Positions 9,934 through 19,123 of a stretch of 64,000 nt of DNA are shown one piece after another (the first letter of the stretch is position 1; each line of letters begins with the position of its first letter). The translations under genes and the position numbers were made by a program. The stretch is from Thermoanaerobaculia bacterium (lineage in GTDB: Bacteria > Acidobacteriota > Thermoanaerobaculia > Multivoradales > Multivoraceae), in the NCBI GenBank assembly GCA_963664405.1, contig OY761158.1, positions 928,001 to 992,000 on the forward strand, given 5' to 3'. A model generated the notes under the pieces. That model did not search any database. It worked only from the letters and a program-made list of their open reading frames with translations, and was not told the DNA's origin.

Positions 9934-11010
9934 TCAGTAGACTCCGACAGTGGTCGTAGAGGCCATCTTGGCAAAGGGACGCACGCCACTGATCCCGTCC
10001 CAGGGGTAGGCTTCGTATGGCGGCTCGCGCTCCCCTTCATCGCGCTCGAGGAATCCTGGCACAAAAAACTCCTTGGTGAGCGTGGTCAGACGCACTCGAC
10101 CGGTCTCGCCATAACCAACGACCTGGTCGGGATTGTCGGGATCCACGACTTCGATCGCGGCTCGGGGCTGGGGCGCGTAGTAGCTGATCTTGTAGCCGTC
10201 CTCGGAACCGACCGGCTTGGAAGCGGCCAACCCCATCAACGTATTACCGTAGGTCGGTGCAATATAGGTCCCGTCGAGAAACTCTTCCACGGCGAAGCGG
10301 GTCCACTGCGGAGTGAACTCGGTGCCGCCGGCAAAGATCCCTCGCACCCCCTTCTCGCGAATGCTCGTGCCTTCCTCTTCTAAGCGCAGACACAAGGCTT
10401 CGATGAGCTTCGGCGTGCCGAACATGCACTGAATGTCGTGGCCGGCGTCGAGGACCGTGATCGCCTGGTCGACGCAGTGATCCTGATAGGCCTTGAAATG
10501 ATCCATCCACCCCTTGCGAATGAGCTTCACCACCCAGCGCGGGTCGAGGTCGATGCAAAAGCAGATGCCGCCACGGAACTGGGCCAGGTGCTCCACCGAG
10601 AGGCGTAGCCGACGAGGTCCGGAGGGCCCGAACATGAGCCAGTTGGCACCCTTGGGAAAGTGCTCCTCGGGAAGGGTGTCGGAGAAGAGCTCGTAATCGG
10701 TACGAAAGTCGGCGATCGCGACGCGGCTCTTGGGCACTCCGGTAGTGCCGCCGGTCTCGAACACAAAGGCCGGCTGGCCGCTCAGCCCTTTCGGTATCCA
10801 GCGCTCTACGGGCCCACCGCGAAGCCACTCGTCTTCAAACGGTGGGAACTTGCGCAGGTCGGCAAAAGACTCGACCGCTTGACGAGGGTCGAAGCCCAAA
10901 GTGCTCGCCTTCTCCAGCCAGAAGGGACTGCCGGTGTCGGTATTGAAGTGCCACTCCATCATCTCGCGCACCTGGGCGTCGAGCATCTCTCGTGCTTCGT
11001 CTGGGGTCAC
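9934..11010 (-). CDS. short adenylate-forming enzyme, PaaK/LuxE/EhpF/GriC-like
   Basis: ETGGTTGVPK P-loop, AGGTE, PTYGNTLMG, GETGRVRLTTLT, ERDEG. Confidence 0.78.
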   Translation of the reverse strand: MTPDEAREMLDAQVREMMEWHFNTDTGSPFWLEKASTLGFDPRQAVESFADLRKFPPFEDEWLRGGPVERWIPKGLSGQPAFVFETGGTTGVPKSRVAIADFRTDYELFSDTLPEEHFPKGANWLMFGPSGPRRLRLSVEHLAQFRGGICFCIDLDPRWVVKLIRKGWMDHFKAYQDHCVDQAITVLDAGHDIQCMFGTPKLIEALCLRLEEEGTSIREKGVRGIFAGGTEFTPQWTRFAVEEFLDGTYIAPTYGNTLMGLAASKPVGSEDGYKISYYAPQPRAAIEVVDPDNPDQVVGYGETGRVRLTTLTKEFFVPGFLERDEGEREPPYEAYPWDGISGVRPFAKMASTTTVGVY

Positions 11011-11033
11011 CGGGAGCTCTCCTTGTAGTCGTC

Positions 11034-11061
11034 GCCTCGACCGAGTCGAGGAGGTCGAGGC
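11034..11061. other. 9-bp perfect inverted repeat (hairpin) upstream of the GriC-like gene
   Basis: gcctcgacc-N10-ggtcgaggc. Confidence 0.45.
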
Positions 11062-11085
11062 CGCTGAATTATAGACCGAGCCGGC

Positions 11086-12144
11086 TCACTGCGGGGAGTG
11101 ATGTGTGGCCACTCTTCCGCCGCATCTGGAGCCCTCGAGGAGAGTGAAGAAACGCACGATCTGCTCTTCTGCCCAGTGCCTGGTCGTTCCGGGCGTAGGG
11201 CCGTGGACGAACCCGGCATGCCCGCCGCGAGGTGTGAAACGCGGTACCAACCAAGGCGACCGCTCGCAAATCTGGTGAGGCAGCGTAGAACCGGGGTTGA
11301 AGGGGTCATCTTCCGCCGCTATCAGTACTGTGGGAACGCGCACGCCGTCGAGAAACTGACCACAGCCCACTTTGCTCCAATAGTCGAAAGCATCATCGAA
11401 GCCGTGGAGTGCCGCGGTCGCCCAGGTGTCGAAGTCGGCGAAGGTGCGACTCGCAGCGATCTTTTCGCGATCGAGCAGTCCCGGATATTGGCGCGCCTTC
11501 TCCAGCGCCTTGGGGATGAGAGTGCGCAGGAACCTACGCACATAAAGACCGCCGAGTGCGCCATCAATGGCAGGACCACTCACTCGCAGGTCGAAGGGAG
11601 GAGAGACCACAGCCGCGGCGGCAACCTGCGCCGGCACCTGCTCCTCTCTCTCGCCGAGCCACTTAGCGAGTACGTTGCCACCCAGCGAGAAACCCGCGAT
11701 ATAGAGCGGCACGCCCGGAGCGCGGCGGCGAAGCTCGTCCTGGACAAAGTCGAGATCGGTGGTCTCCCCCGAGTGATAGAGCCGGGGAGCAAGGTTGATG
11801 TCTCCGTCGCAGGAGCGGAACTCGAGAGCAGCCACGCTCCAGCCGAGAGCAACAAAGGCATGGCGCAAACCGACTATGTAATTAGACGAAGCGCACCCTT
11901 CGAGGCCGTGCAGCAGGAGCACGAGGGGCCTCTCTTGGCGTCCGTCATGGAGCCACAGGCTCAGCCGATCGCCGTCGGGAGTCTGCCAGTGCTCGCGGCG
12001 CCCTCCGGGAGGGGGCTGGCGGCGAAAGAAGGGGCTCCAGATCGTCTGCGCGTGGCGGCCGCGCAACCACCACGGCGGACGGAATGGAAAGCGTGAGAGC
12101 TCTTCGACCGCGGCGGCCTTATCGAAGGCGAAGCCAGTGGGCAA
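11086..12144 (-). CDS. YheT-like alpha/beta hydrolase
   Basis: HAQTIW, LHGLEG, YHSGET, GFSLGG, DDPF, GGHAGF. Confidence 0.88.
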   Translation of the reverse strand: MPTGFAFDKAAAVEELSRFPFRPPWWLRGRHAQTIWSPFFRRQPPPGGRREHWQTPDGDRLSLWLHDGRQERPLVLLLHGLEGCASSNYIVGLRHAFVALGWSVAALEFRSCDGDINLAPRLYHSGETTDLDFVQDELRRRAPGVPLYIAGFSLGGNVLAKWLGEREEQVPAQVAAAAVVSPPFDLRVSGPAIDGALGGLYVRRFLRTLIPKALEKARQYPGLLDREKIAASRTFADFDTWATAALHGFDDAFDYWSKVGCGQFLDGVRVPTVLIAAEDDPFNPGSTLPHQICERSPWLVPRFTPRGGHAGFVHGPTPGTTRHWAEEQIVRFFTLLEGSRCGGRVATHHSPQ

Positions 12145-12147
12145 GTT

Positions 12148-12756
12148 TCAGACTCGATTGCGATAGAGCGCGGGATCCACGACCTCGGCCATCGCTCGCC
12201 GGTCTAGCCCGCCGCCCAGAAACTCATCAAGACGACGGGCGTGAGGCTCCGGATCCGCGAGAACTTCCCTGTAGCTGACGAAGAGCGTGTCGAGATGGCG
12301 CCGATACCCCACCATGAACCTCACGTGGCGCAGGTGCTCGACATAGACCTCGCGCATCTTCTCGTCTTCGGGGCCACTCTCCTCTTCGCGGTGCTCCAGC
12401 ATCTTCTGCTGCGAGCGCAACACTTCGCTCAGATCGCGCTCCATGAACACGACCTTGTAGTTGTTGTCGGCCGGAAGATCCTTGAGCAGGAAAGAGATGA
12501 CCTTGATCGCTTTGCCTCGCGATCGGCGCAGCCATCTGCGGTCTTCCATCTTCGCAAGGTCCTTGACCCGCTCGTCTTCGTAGTAGCCCCTGGGGTTGTC
12601 GTCGTCGGCGATGCGTACGCCGTCAACGGTGACCTCGAGCCCCCCTGCCTCGAGCATCTTCATCGCCATCGAGGTGCCGGAGCGGGGCAAGCCCGAAACG
12701 ACGACGACCGGTCGCCCAAAACGGATTCTTCTGAGCAGCTGGGAGAGTCCGACCAT
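12148..12756 (-). CDS. sulfotransferase family protein
   Basis: SGLPRSGTS (5'-PAPS-binding loop), NPRGYYE, R-x7-S 3'-phosphate-binding motif. Confidence 0.85.
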   Translation of the reverse strand: MVGLSQLLRRIRFGRPVVVVSGLPRSGTSMAMKMLEAGGLEVTVDGVRIADDDNPRGYYEDERVKDLAKMEDRRWLRRSRGKAIKVISFLLKDLPADNNYKVVFMERDLSEVLRSQQKMLEHREEESGPEDEKMREVYVEHLRHVRFMVGYRRHLDTLFVSYREVLADPEPHARRLDEFLGGGLDRRAMAEVVDPALYRNRV

Positions 12757-12815
12757 GATCGAGATTCGCCGCCGTACGATAGCGGCTCAGCAGGCCGTAT
12801 CCTAGCTGAGCCAGC

Positions 12816-12856
12816 TTGAATTAGCGGAACCGCGGCGCATACACTACCGCGGCGCA
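12816..12856 (+). promoter_or_regulatory. sigma70-like promoter overlapped by an 11-bp direct repeat
   Basis: TTGAAT (12816)-N18-TACACT (12840). accgcggcgca occurs at 12829 and 12846. Confidence 0.45.
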
Positions 12857-12892
12857 GCAAGGGTAGTTGGCAAACCTCAGAGACTCTCACCA

Positions 12893-15022
12893 TTGACTAT
12901 TCAAGAAGGTCGCAAGCGACCGCTCCTCCTGCTGGCCGGCAGCGCGCTGGCCTGCCTGTGCACCTCCCTCCCCGTCGCGGCCTACGTCGGCCCTGGCGCG
13001 GGTTTCGCCTTGGTCTCCGGTTTTCTCGTCATCTTCACCACCATTCTTCTCGCCGGCCTTGCGCTCCTGGTCTGGCCGTTCCGAATGATGTGGCGTCTGC
13101 TCCGTAACCGGGGTAGAAAGAAGCCTTCGATCCAACGTTTCATCGTCGTAGGACTCGACGGCCAGGACCCGCGCATCACCGACCGCCTGATCGCCGAGGG
13201 ACGGCTGCCCAATCTTCAGCGGCTAGCTGAGATGGGGAGCTACGGGCGACTCGAAACGGTTTTCCCATCGCTCTCCCCCGTGGCCTGGTCGTCCTTCAGC
13301 ACGGGCACCAACCCGGGCGGTCACAATATTTTCGACTTCGTCGAACGAGACACCAAGACCTACCTGCCGAAGCAGGCCTCGACCGAGATCGGCAAGCTCG
13401 AGCGCACCCTCAAGGTCGGGAAGTTTCGTATTCCTCTGCACAAGCCCACATTGCGGCTGCTACGTAAGTCCAAGCCGTTTTGGACCATCCTCGGCGAGAA
13501 CAACATCTGGAGTACCGTCCTCCGCGTTCCGATTACGTTCCCACCGGATCGCTTCTACGGAGCTCAGCTCTCGGCAATGATGGTGCCCGACCTGCTCGGG
13601 ACTCTCGGCACTTTCCTGTTTTTCACATCGCAGCCCAGCGCAGGTCAGATCAAAGAGGGCGGCCTTCGCTTTGAGCTCTCTCACGAGGGCGGAGCTTTTA
13701 CCGCCATGATCGAGGGACCGGAGAACAGCTTCCTCGAGGGGGAGCCGCCGATGCAGATTCCCCTGCGCATTGTCCCCGACACGGCAACAGGGCGTGCCGA
13801 GATCACACTTGGCAAGGAAGTCATCGAGCTGGCGCCGAGGGAGCTCAGTAATTGGATCACGCTCACTTTCGATGCCGCGCCGGGCATCAAGGTGCAGGGG
13901 CTGACCCGCATCATGATCACTGAGATGGGTGAGGAGGTCTCGCTCTATCTCTCGCCGATCAATCTCGACTCGGAGAAACCGGCGATGCCCATCTCCCATC
14001 CCTCCTACTACTCGACCTACTTGTCGAAGAAGATCGGCAAGTACTCCACTCTCGGGCTTGCGGAGGACACCTGGGCCCTCAACGAAGGCATCACCGACGA
14101 CGCCACCTTTCTCGAGCAGACCTACGACATCGACAACGAGCGGCAGGAGATGTTCTTCGCCGCCCTAGATCGCCTTCGCAAAGGGGCTTTGGTCTGTGTC
14201 TTCGACGCCACCGACCGCATTCAGCACATGTTCTGGCGCTACACCGAAAAAGGGCATCCCGCCGACTCCGGCTCCTCTGGCGGTGAGAACCGTGCCGCCA
14301 TCGACGAGATCTACGTTCACAATGACGAGTTGGTGGGCCGGGTGCTCGACAAGGTGCAGCCGAACGACGTCTTGTGTGTGATCTCGGACCACGGGTTCAC
14401 CTCTTTCCGTCGCGGTGTCAACCTCAACCGTTGGCTGATGGACGAGGGTTATCTGACGCTCAAGGAAGGCGCGACGGGCGAGGGCGACCTGCTTGGTGAT
14501 GTCGATTGGTCCAGGACTCGAGCGTACTTCCTCGGTCTGGCAGGGATGTTTCTCAACGTCAAGGGGCGGGAGGCGAAAGGCATCGTCTCTCGCGGCGAAG
14601 AGGCGAAGTCGTTGAAGGCCGAGATCATCGCCAAGCTCAACGGGCTTGTCGACGAAGAAAAGGGCGAGGTGGGAATCACCGAAGTCTTCGACACCGCCGA
14701 AATCTACTCGGGGCCCTACCTCGGCAACGCACCGGACTTCATCATGGGCTACAACGAGGGCTACCGAACCTCGTGGGATTGCGCCAACGGCATCGTTGCC
14801 GGGCCCGTCTTCGAAGACAACACGAAGGCCTGGAGTGGCGATCACGGGGTCGATCCGCGTCTCGTCCCCGGGGTCTTCTTCTGCAACCGAAAGGTCGACG
14901 CGGAAGAGCTCTCCCTGCTAGACCTGGCGCCAACGATTCTCACTCTCTTCGGCATCGAGCCTCCAAAGCACATGGAAGGCAAGCCCCTGTTCAAGCCGGA
15001 CTCCTTTGGCGAGGCCGCGTGA
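12893..15022 (+). CDS. alkaline phosphatase superfamily / type I phosphodiesterase-like protein with N-terminal TM segments
   Basis: GLDGQD, SPVAWSSFSTG, DRIQHMFW, SDHGF, WSGDH, plus N-terminal AYVGPGAG. Confidence 0.88.
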   Translation: MTIQEGRKRPLLLLAGSALACLCTSLPVAAYVGPGAGFALVSGFLVIFTTILLAGLALLVWPFRMMWRLLRNRGRKKPSIQRFIVVGLDGQDPRITDRLIAEGRLPNLQRLAEMGSYGRLETVFPSLSPVAWSSFSTGTNPGGHNIFDFVERDTKTYLPKQASTEIGKLERTLKVGKFRIPLHKPTLRLLRKSKPFWTILGENNIWSTVLRVPITFPPDRFYGAQLSAMMVPDLLGTLGTFLFFTSQPSAGQIKEGGLRFELSHEGGAFTAMIEGPENSFLEGEPPMQIPLRIVPDTATGRAEITLGKEVIELAPRELSNWITLTFDAAPGIKVQGLTRIMITEMGEEVSLYLSPINLDSEKPAMPISHPSYYSTYLSKKIGKYSTLGLAEDTWALNEGITDDATFLEQTYDIDNERQEMFFAALDRLRKGALVCVFDATDRIQHMFWRYTEKGHPADSGSSGGENRAAIDEIYVHNDELVGRVLDKVQPNDVLCVISDHGFTSFRRGVNLNRWLMDEGYLTLKEGATGEGDLLGDVDWSRTRAYFLGLAGMFLNVKGREAKGIVSRGEEAKSLKAEIIAKLNGLVDEEKGEVGITEVFDTAEIYSGPYLGNAPDFIMGYNEGYRTSWDCANGIVAGPVFEDNTKAWSGDHGVDPRLVPGVFFCNRKVDAEELSLLDLAPTILTLFGIEPPKHMEGKPLFKPDSFGEAA

Positions 15023-16950
15023 CCCGAGCTATTGCACTGGCCGCAACAGTGCTCCTTCTGCTCGGTTGCGGCGGAGCTAAGGCGCCGGAGAAGAGGATCA
15101 TCGTCCTCGGCTTCGACGGCATGGACTACAGCCTCGCCCGTGAGCTGATCGACGAGGGGCGACTGCCCAATTTCGCCCGCCTCGAGCGCGAGGGAAGCTT
15201 CACCCCTCTCGAGACCTCCGTACCGCCCGAGAGCCCAGTGGCCTGGTCGAACTTCATCACCGGAATGGACTCGGGCGGCCATGGCATCTTCGACTTCATC
15301 CACCGCGACCCAGCGACACTGCTTCCTTACGCCTCAGACTCGCGGGCGCTGCCGGAGGGGTTCACTCTGAAGCTCGGGAAGTGGCGTTTCCCCATCACCG
15401 GCGGTGGTTTCGAATCGCTGCGACAGGGTGAGCCTTTCTGGAAGACGCTCGAGGAGAGCGGTATCGAGACATGGATTCTGCGTATGCCCGCCAACTACCC
15501 GACCTCGGGTCTCGCGACTCGGGAGCTCAGCGGCATGGGCACACCGGACCTCAACGGGGCGAGCTTCTTTTCCTTCTACACGTCGGAGCTCTTCTACCCC
15601 ACTGAAGGGATCACCGGCGGCGAAGTTTTCGAGTGGGATGTGTACGACAACGTGGCCGAGCACAAGCTCTTCGCAGCCGAGAACCCGTTGATCGAGGATG
15701 GCGAAAGGCTCAGCGTCGACTTCAAGGTGTACCTCGATCCGGCGATCCAGGCGGCCAAGATCGAGGTCGCCGACGATGTCGAGCTCGTACTTCGCGTCGG
15801 AGAGTGGAGCGACTGGGTCGCCATCGAGTTCGACCTTCTTCCGTTCAAGAGTCTGCATGGCATCTGTCGCTTCTATCTCAAGTCGATCGAGCCAGAGCTC
15901 GAGCTCTACGTGAGCCCGATCAATTTCGATCCGCTGCTACCGGACGCACCGATCTCGACACCGGCGTCCTACGCCACCGAGCTGGCCGAGGCCGACGGCC
16001 GTTTTTACACCCAGGGCATGCCGGAGGACACCAAGGCTCTGACCGGCGGCGTGCTCGAGATCGACCAGTTCCTCGAGCAGGCTGCGATTGCGGGTCGAGA
16101 GATCGCGGACCAGTACCAGAGTGTTCTGGCAGACTTCACCGACAGCACTGCGGGGCTGCTCTTCTATTACACCGGCAACCCGGACCAGATCTCCCACGCG
16201 ATGTGGATCACCCGGGACCCCCAACACCCGGCTTGGGATGAAGAGACCTACGGCCGATACCGCGATCTCATTCCCAGCGTCTACGAGAGCCTCGACCGGA
16301 TGGTGGGTCACACCCTCGACACCATGAGCTCTGACACCACCCTGGTGGTGATGTCAGATCACGGGTTCGCTTCCTGGCGACGCAGCCTGAACCTCAACAC
16401 CTGGCTGGTGGAGAACGGTTTCATGGTTCTCAGCGACCCGGACCTCGAGGTCGACCCCGGCTTCTTCGGCAACGTCGATTGGAGCCGTACTCGTGCCTAC
16501 GGCATGGGCATCAACGGCTTGTACATCAATCTCCAGGGGCGCGAGAAAAACGGCGTCGTCTCGCCGAGCGAGCGCGAAGCGTTGATGGACGAGATCGCGA
16601 CCGCGCTCCTCGCGACCATAGATCCGGAGACCGGCGCACCCGCCGTAACCAAGGTCTACCGGCGCGAGGAGGTCTATAAAGATCGCGGTCAGCTGGAGAT
16701 AGGACCCGATATCCAGATGGGTTACGCGAAGGGCACTCGCGGCTCGAGCCAAGGGGCGCTCGGAGATATCGAGCCTCAAGTCCTGCGCGACAATCTAGAC
16801 GACTGGAGTGGCGACCACATAATGGACCACGAAAGCGTGCCGGGCGTCCTCTTCACCAGTCGCCAACTGGCACGCGAGGCACCGAGCCTAAAGAGCCTTG
16901 CAGCCGCGATCATCGCCGAGATGGACGTCAAAGCAGAGTTCCCGCAGTAG
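15019..16950 (+). CDS. alkaline phosphatase superfamily / type I phosphodiesterase-like lipoprotein
   Basis: GTG overlaps the upstream stop. LLLLGC lipobox, GFDGMD, SPVAWSNFITG, SDHGF, WSGDH. Confidence 0.88.
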   Translation: MTRAIALAATVLLLLGCGGAKAPEKRIIVLGFDGMDYSLARELIDEGRLPNFARLEREGSFTPLETSVPPESPVAWSNFITGMDSGGHGIFDFIHRDPATLLPYASDSRALPEGFTLKLGKWRFPITGGGFESLRQGEPFWKTLEESGIETWILRMPANYPTSGLATRELSGMGTPDLNGASFFSFYTSELFYPTEGITGGEVFEWDVYDNVAEHKLFAAENPLIEDGERLSVDFKVYLDPAIQAAKIEVADDVELVLRVGEWSDWVAIEFDLLPFKSLHGICRFYLKSIEPELELYVSPINFDPLLPDAPISTPASYATELAEADGRFYTQGMPEDTKALTGGVLEIDQFLEQAAIAGREIADQYQSVLADFTDSTAGLLFYYTGNPDQISHAMWITRDPQHPAWDEETYGRYRDLIPSVYESLDRMVGHTLDTMSSDTTLVVMSDHGFASWRRSLNLNTWLVENGFMVLSDPDLEVDPGFFGNVDWSRTRAYGMGINGLYINLQGREKNGVVSPSEREALMDEIATALLATIDPETGAPAVTKVYRREEVYKDRGQLEIGPDIQMGYAKGTRGSSQGALGDIEPQVLRDNLDDWSGDHIMDHESVPGVLFTSRQLAREAPSLKSLAAAIIAEMDVKAEFPQ

Positions 16951-16984
16951 GCGCTCGCAGCCAGGCACAGGAAGGAAAACAACC

Positions 16985-17176
16985 ATGTTCGGATCCAAGG
17001 TAAAGCTCGACAAAGGTCTTCTGGCGAAGGTCAAGAAATACTCGGATATAGCCGGCTACTCCTCGCCCAAGGAGTTCATCACCCACGCCCTCGAAAAAGA
17101 GCTGGCGCTGCTCGAAGACGCCGACTCCGAAGAGGAGATTCGCAAGCGTCTGAAGGGCCTAGGCTACATTTCCTGA
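16985..17176 (+). CDS. small 63-aa protein, possibly ribbon-helix-helix-like, ending RLKGLGYIS
   Basis: AGGA-type SD, then MFGSKVKLDKGLLAKVKKYSDIAGYSSPKEFITHALEKEL... Confidence 0.75.
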   Translation: MFGSKVKLDKGLLAKVKKYSDIAGYSSPKEFITHALEKELALLEDADSEEEIRKRLKGLGYIS

Positions 17177-17187
17177 GGACTCGCTCG

Positions 17188-18021
17188 ATGGCGGTATTCA
17201 ACGCGCTCGTAAGGCGCCTCATCGACGCCCTCTTGGGGCCGTTCCAAAACTACCCGGCGATGGTGACTCTGCTGCCGATCTCGGTGGTGGTCACCGTTGC
17301 CGCGCTGTTGGTGCTCAAGCGAACCTCGAACCAGGAGGCTCTCAACCGCGTCAAGGCGAAGACGCACGCCGGCATCTTCGAGATCAGGCTCTTCAACGAC
17401 GATCTGAGGGCCATCTTCTCGGCCCAACGGAACATCTTGGTTCAGGTAGCAAAGCAGATCGGCCTGACCCTAGTGCCCCTGCTGTGGATGCTAGTGCCGA
17501 TGGCCGTCCTCCTCCCTCAGCTCCAATTCCAGTACGGCTACCTTGGCATCGAGCCCGGCGAGCCGGTGCTCCTCATCGCCACCCTCGACGCACCGCTGGG
17601 AGCCGACGAGACGAAGCCGGTCTTTCACCTCGAGACCCCCACCGGCGTTCGCGCGGAGACGGGGCCAATCTGGGTGCCCGCCAAGAACGAGCTGGTGTGG
17701 CGCCTGGTGGCGGATGAGCGCGGCAGCTTTGAGCTCTTGATCGTCGATGGCGGGGGAGGTAAGTCGGTCACCAAGAGCCTGGAGGTCTCGGACCAGATCC
17801 GAAGGCGCTCGCCGAAGAGGGTTACCGGCTTCTGGTCCCAAATCGCCTACCCCGCCGAGTCCCCGCTGCCGCCCGGTGCGCCTTTTCGGGAGATCTCCCT
17901 CGCCTACCGAGACGCAGAAGTCAGCTTTTTCGGCTGGGAGACCAACTGGATGATCGCCTTCCTCCTGCTCACCCTCGTCTTCGCCTTTGCCCTACGCGGG
18001 CCCCTTGGCGTCACCTTCTAG
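17188..18021 (+). CDS. membrane protein, possibly EMC3/TMCO1/DUF106 (Oxa1 superfamily)-like
   Basis: Amphipathic N-terminus, TM1, charged helical loop, TM2, extracellular domain, TM3 preceded by NW. Confidence 0.6.
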   Translation: MAVFNALVRRLIDALLGPFQNYPAMVTLLPISVVVTVAALLVLKRTSNQEALNRVKAKTHAGIFEIRLFNDDLRAIFSAQRNILVQVAKQIGLTLVPLLWMLVPMAVLLPQLQFQYGYLGIEPGEPVLLIATLDAPLGADETKPVFHLETPTGVRAETGPIWVPAKNELVWRLVADERGSFELLIVDGGGGKSVTKSLEVSDQIRRRSPKRVTGFWSQIAYPAESPLPPGAPFREISLAYRDAEVSFFGWETNWMIAFLLLTLVFAFALRGPLGVTF

Positions 18022-18182
18022 ACCAGCGTTTCCGAAGTTCGCGCACAGTTCTCGGCCCCTTCTGCCCGCTGGCGGCGTTGCGCCTCCTCGACATAGTCCC
18101 TGCTATGCCTGCGTCGGCGCGCCTTGCCAGCGAACAGAATGACCTCGAGTTCTGTACACGAACTTCGGAAACGCTGGTCTAG
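18018..18182. mobile_element. palindromic MITE copy 1 (165 bp including both CTAG)
   Basis: ctagaccagcgtttccgaagttcg...cgaacttcggaaacgctggtctag. The left CTAG contains the stop of the upstream gene. Confidence 0.9.
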
Positions 18183-18235
18183 CCAGACGGCCGAGGCGGC
18201 CAGAGAGCGATCGCTCGTAGGAGACGCGCTCGCCC

Positions 18236-18965
18236 TCAGCTAAGGCTGGGAATCTTGGCGCGCAGGAACTTTCTTGTCTTTTCGATCGCTCGCCGCACAT
18301 TTTGCGGTTCTTTCCATTCTGTGACGAGCTCGGCATTCTGCGCCAGCGCGGCGATCTCTCGCGCGATCGGCAGCGGGTGGTAGAGATCGTTTCCCGCCAG
18401 GATCAGAAGCGGCGTCTCGACTGTTCGCACAAAGTCGCGGCCGACATTGAACAAGAAATCGCGGTTGTACATACTGTTGCGAAAAGGAGCAAGGGTGCCG
18501 TCCTCGAGACCATCCTGGCGCTCCTTCATGTCGTCGGCCCAGCCGTCGAACATCTCGTAGAACGCCGCTCGATTGTCGTGAAGCCCGATCGGGCTCTGCA
18601 GAACAGCCGCGGTGACTCTGCCGGGGTCTGCCTCCATGACCCCGAATGCGTAGGAGCAGCCAATGCAGCCGCCATAGAGGTGGCAGCTCTCGATCTCGAG
18701 GTGATCGAGCAGAGCAATCTGGTCGGAGGTATAGCTCTGCCACCCGTCGCTCGCTCGCACCGGCGCAGTCGAACCGCCCGCGTTGCGCTGATCCATGGCT
18801 ATCACCCGGAAATCAGCCGAGAGCTCCAGCCGTGGGTCGAAAGGAGAGCGCTCCCAGGTATCGGCGCTGGAGCGCATGCCGCCGGGAGCGAAGAGCAGTA
18901 GAGGGTAGCCAGCCCCGCTCTCTTCCCAATGGATCTTGACACCCCCCCCGCTCGAAGATCGGCAA
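18236..18965 (-). pseudogene. alpha/beta hydrolase with a +1 frameshift in a G8 run near the 5' end
   Basis: TTG 18965 (MPIFERG) joins GVKIHWEESGAGYPLLLFAPGGMRS only if the run at 18942-18949 is G7. Downstream are MDQRNAG and GGCIG. Confidence 0.7.
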
Positions 18966-19123
18966 TTCGTGAGCCCCCGTAGTCGATCCGTTTGACTCTG
19001 CCAGAAGGGCAGCCTAGCATTCTCTTTTTCGGATAAACGCTACGATCTTCGAATCTGAGCGTAAGGTGGCTCAGCCTTGGTGGTGAGACCTGTGCCAGCA
19101 TACTGTCCCGCCAACCTCATGCC

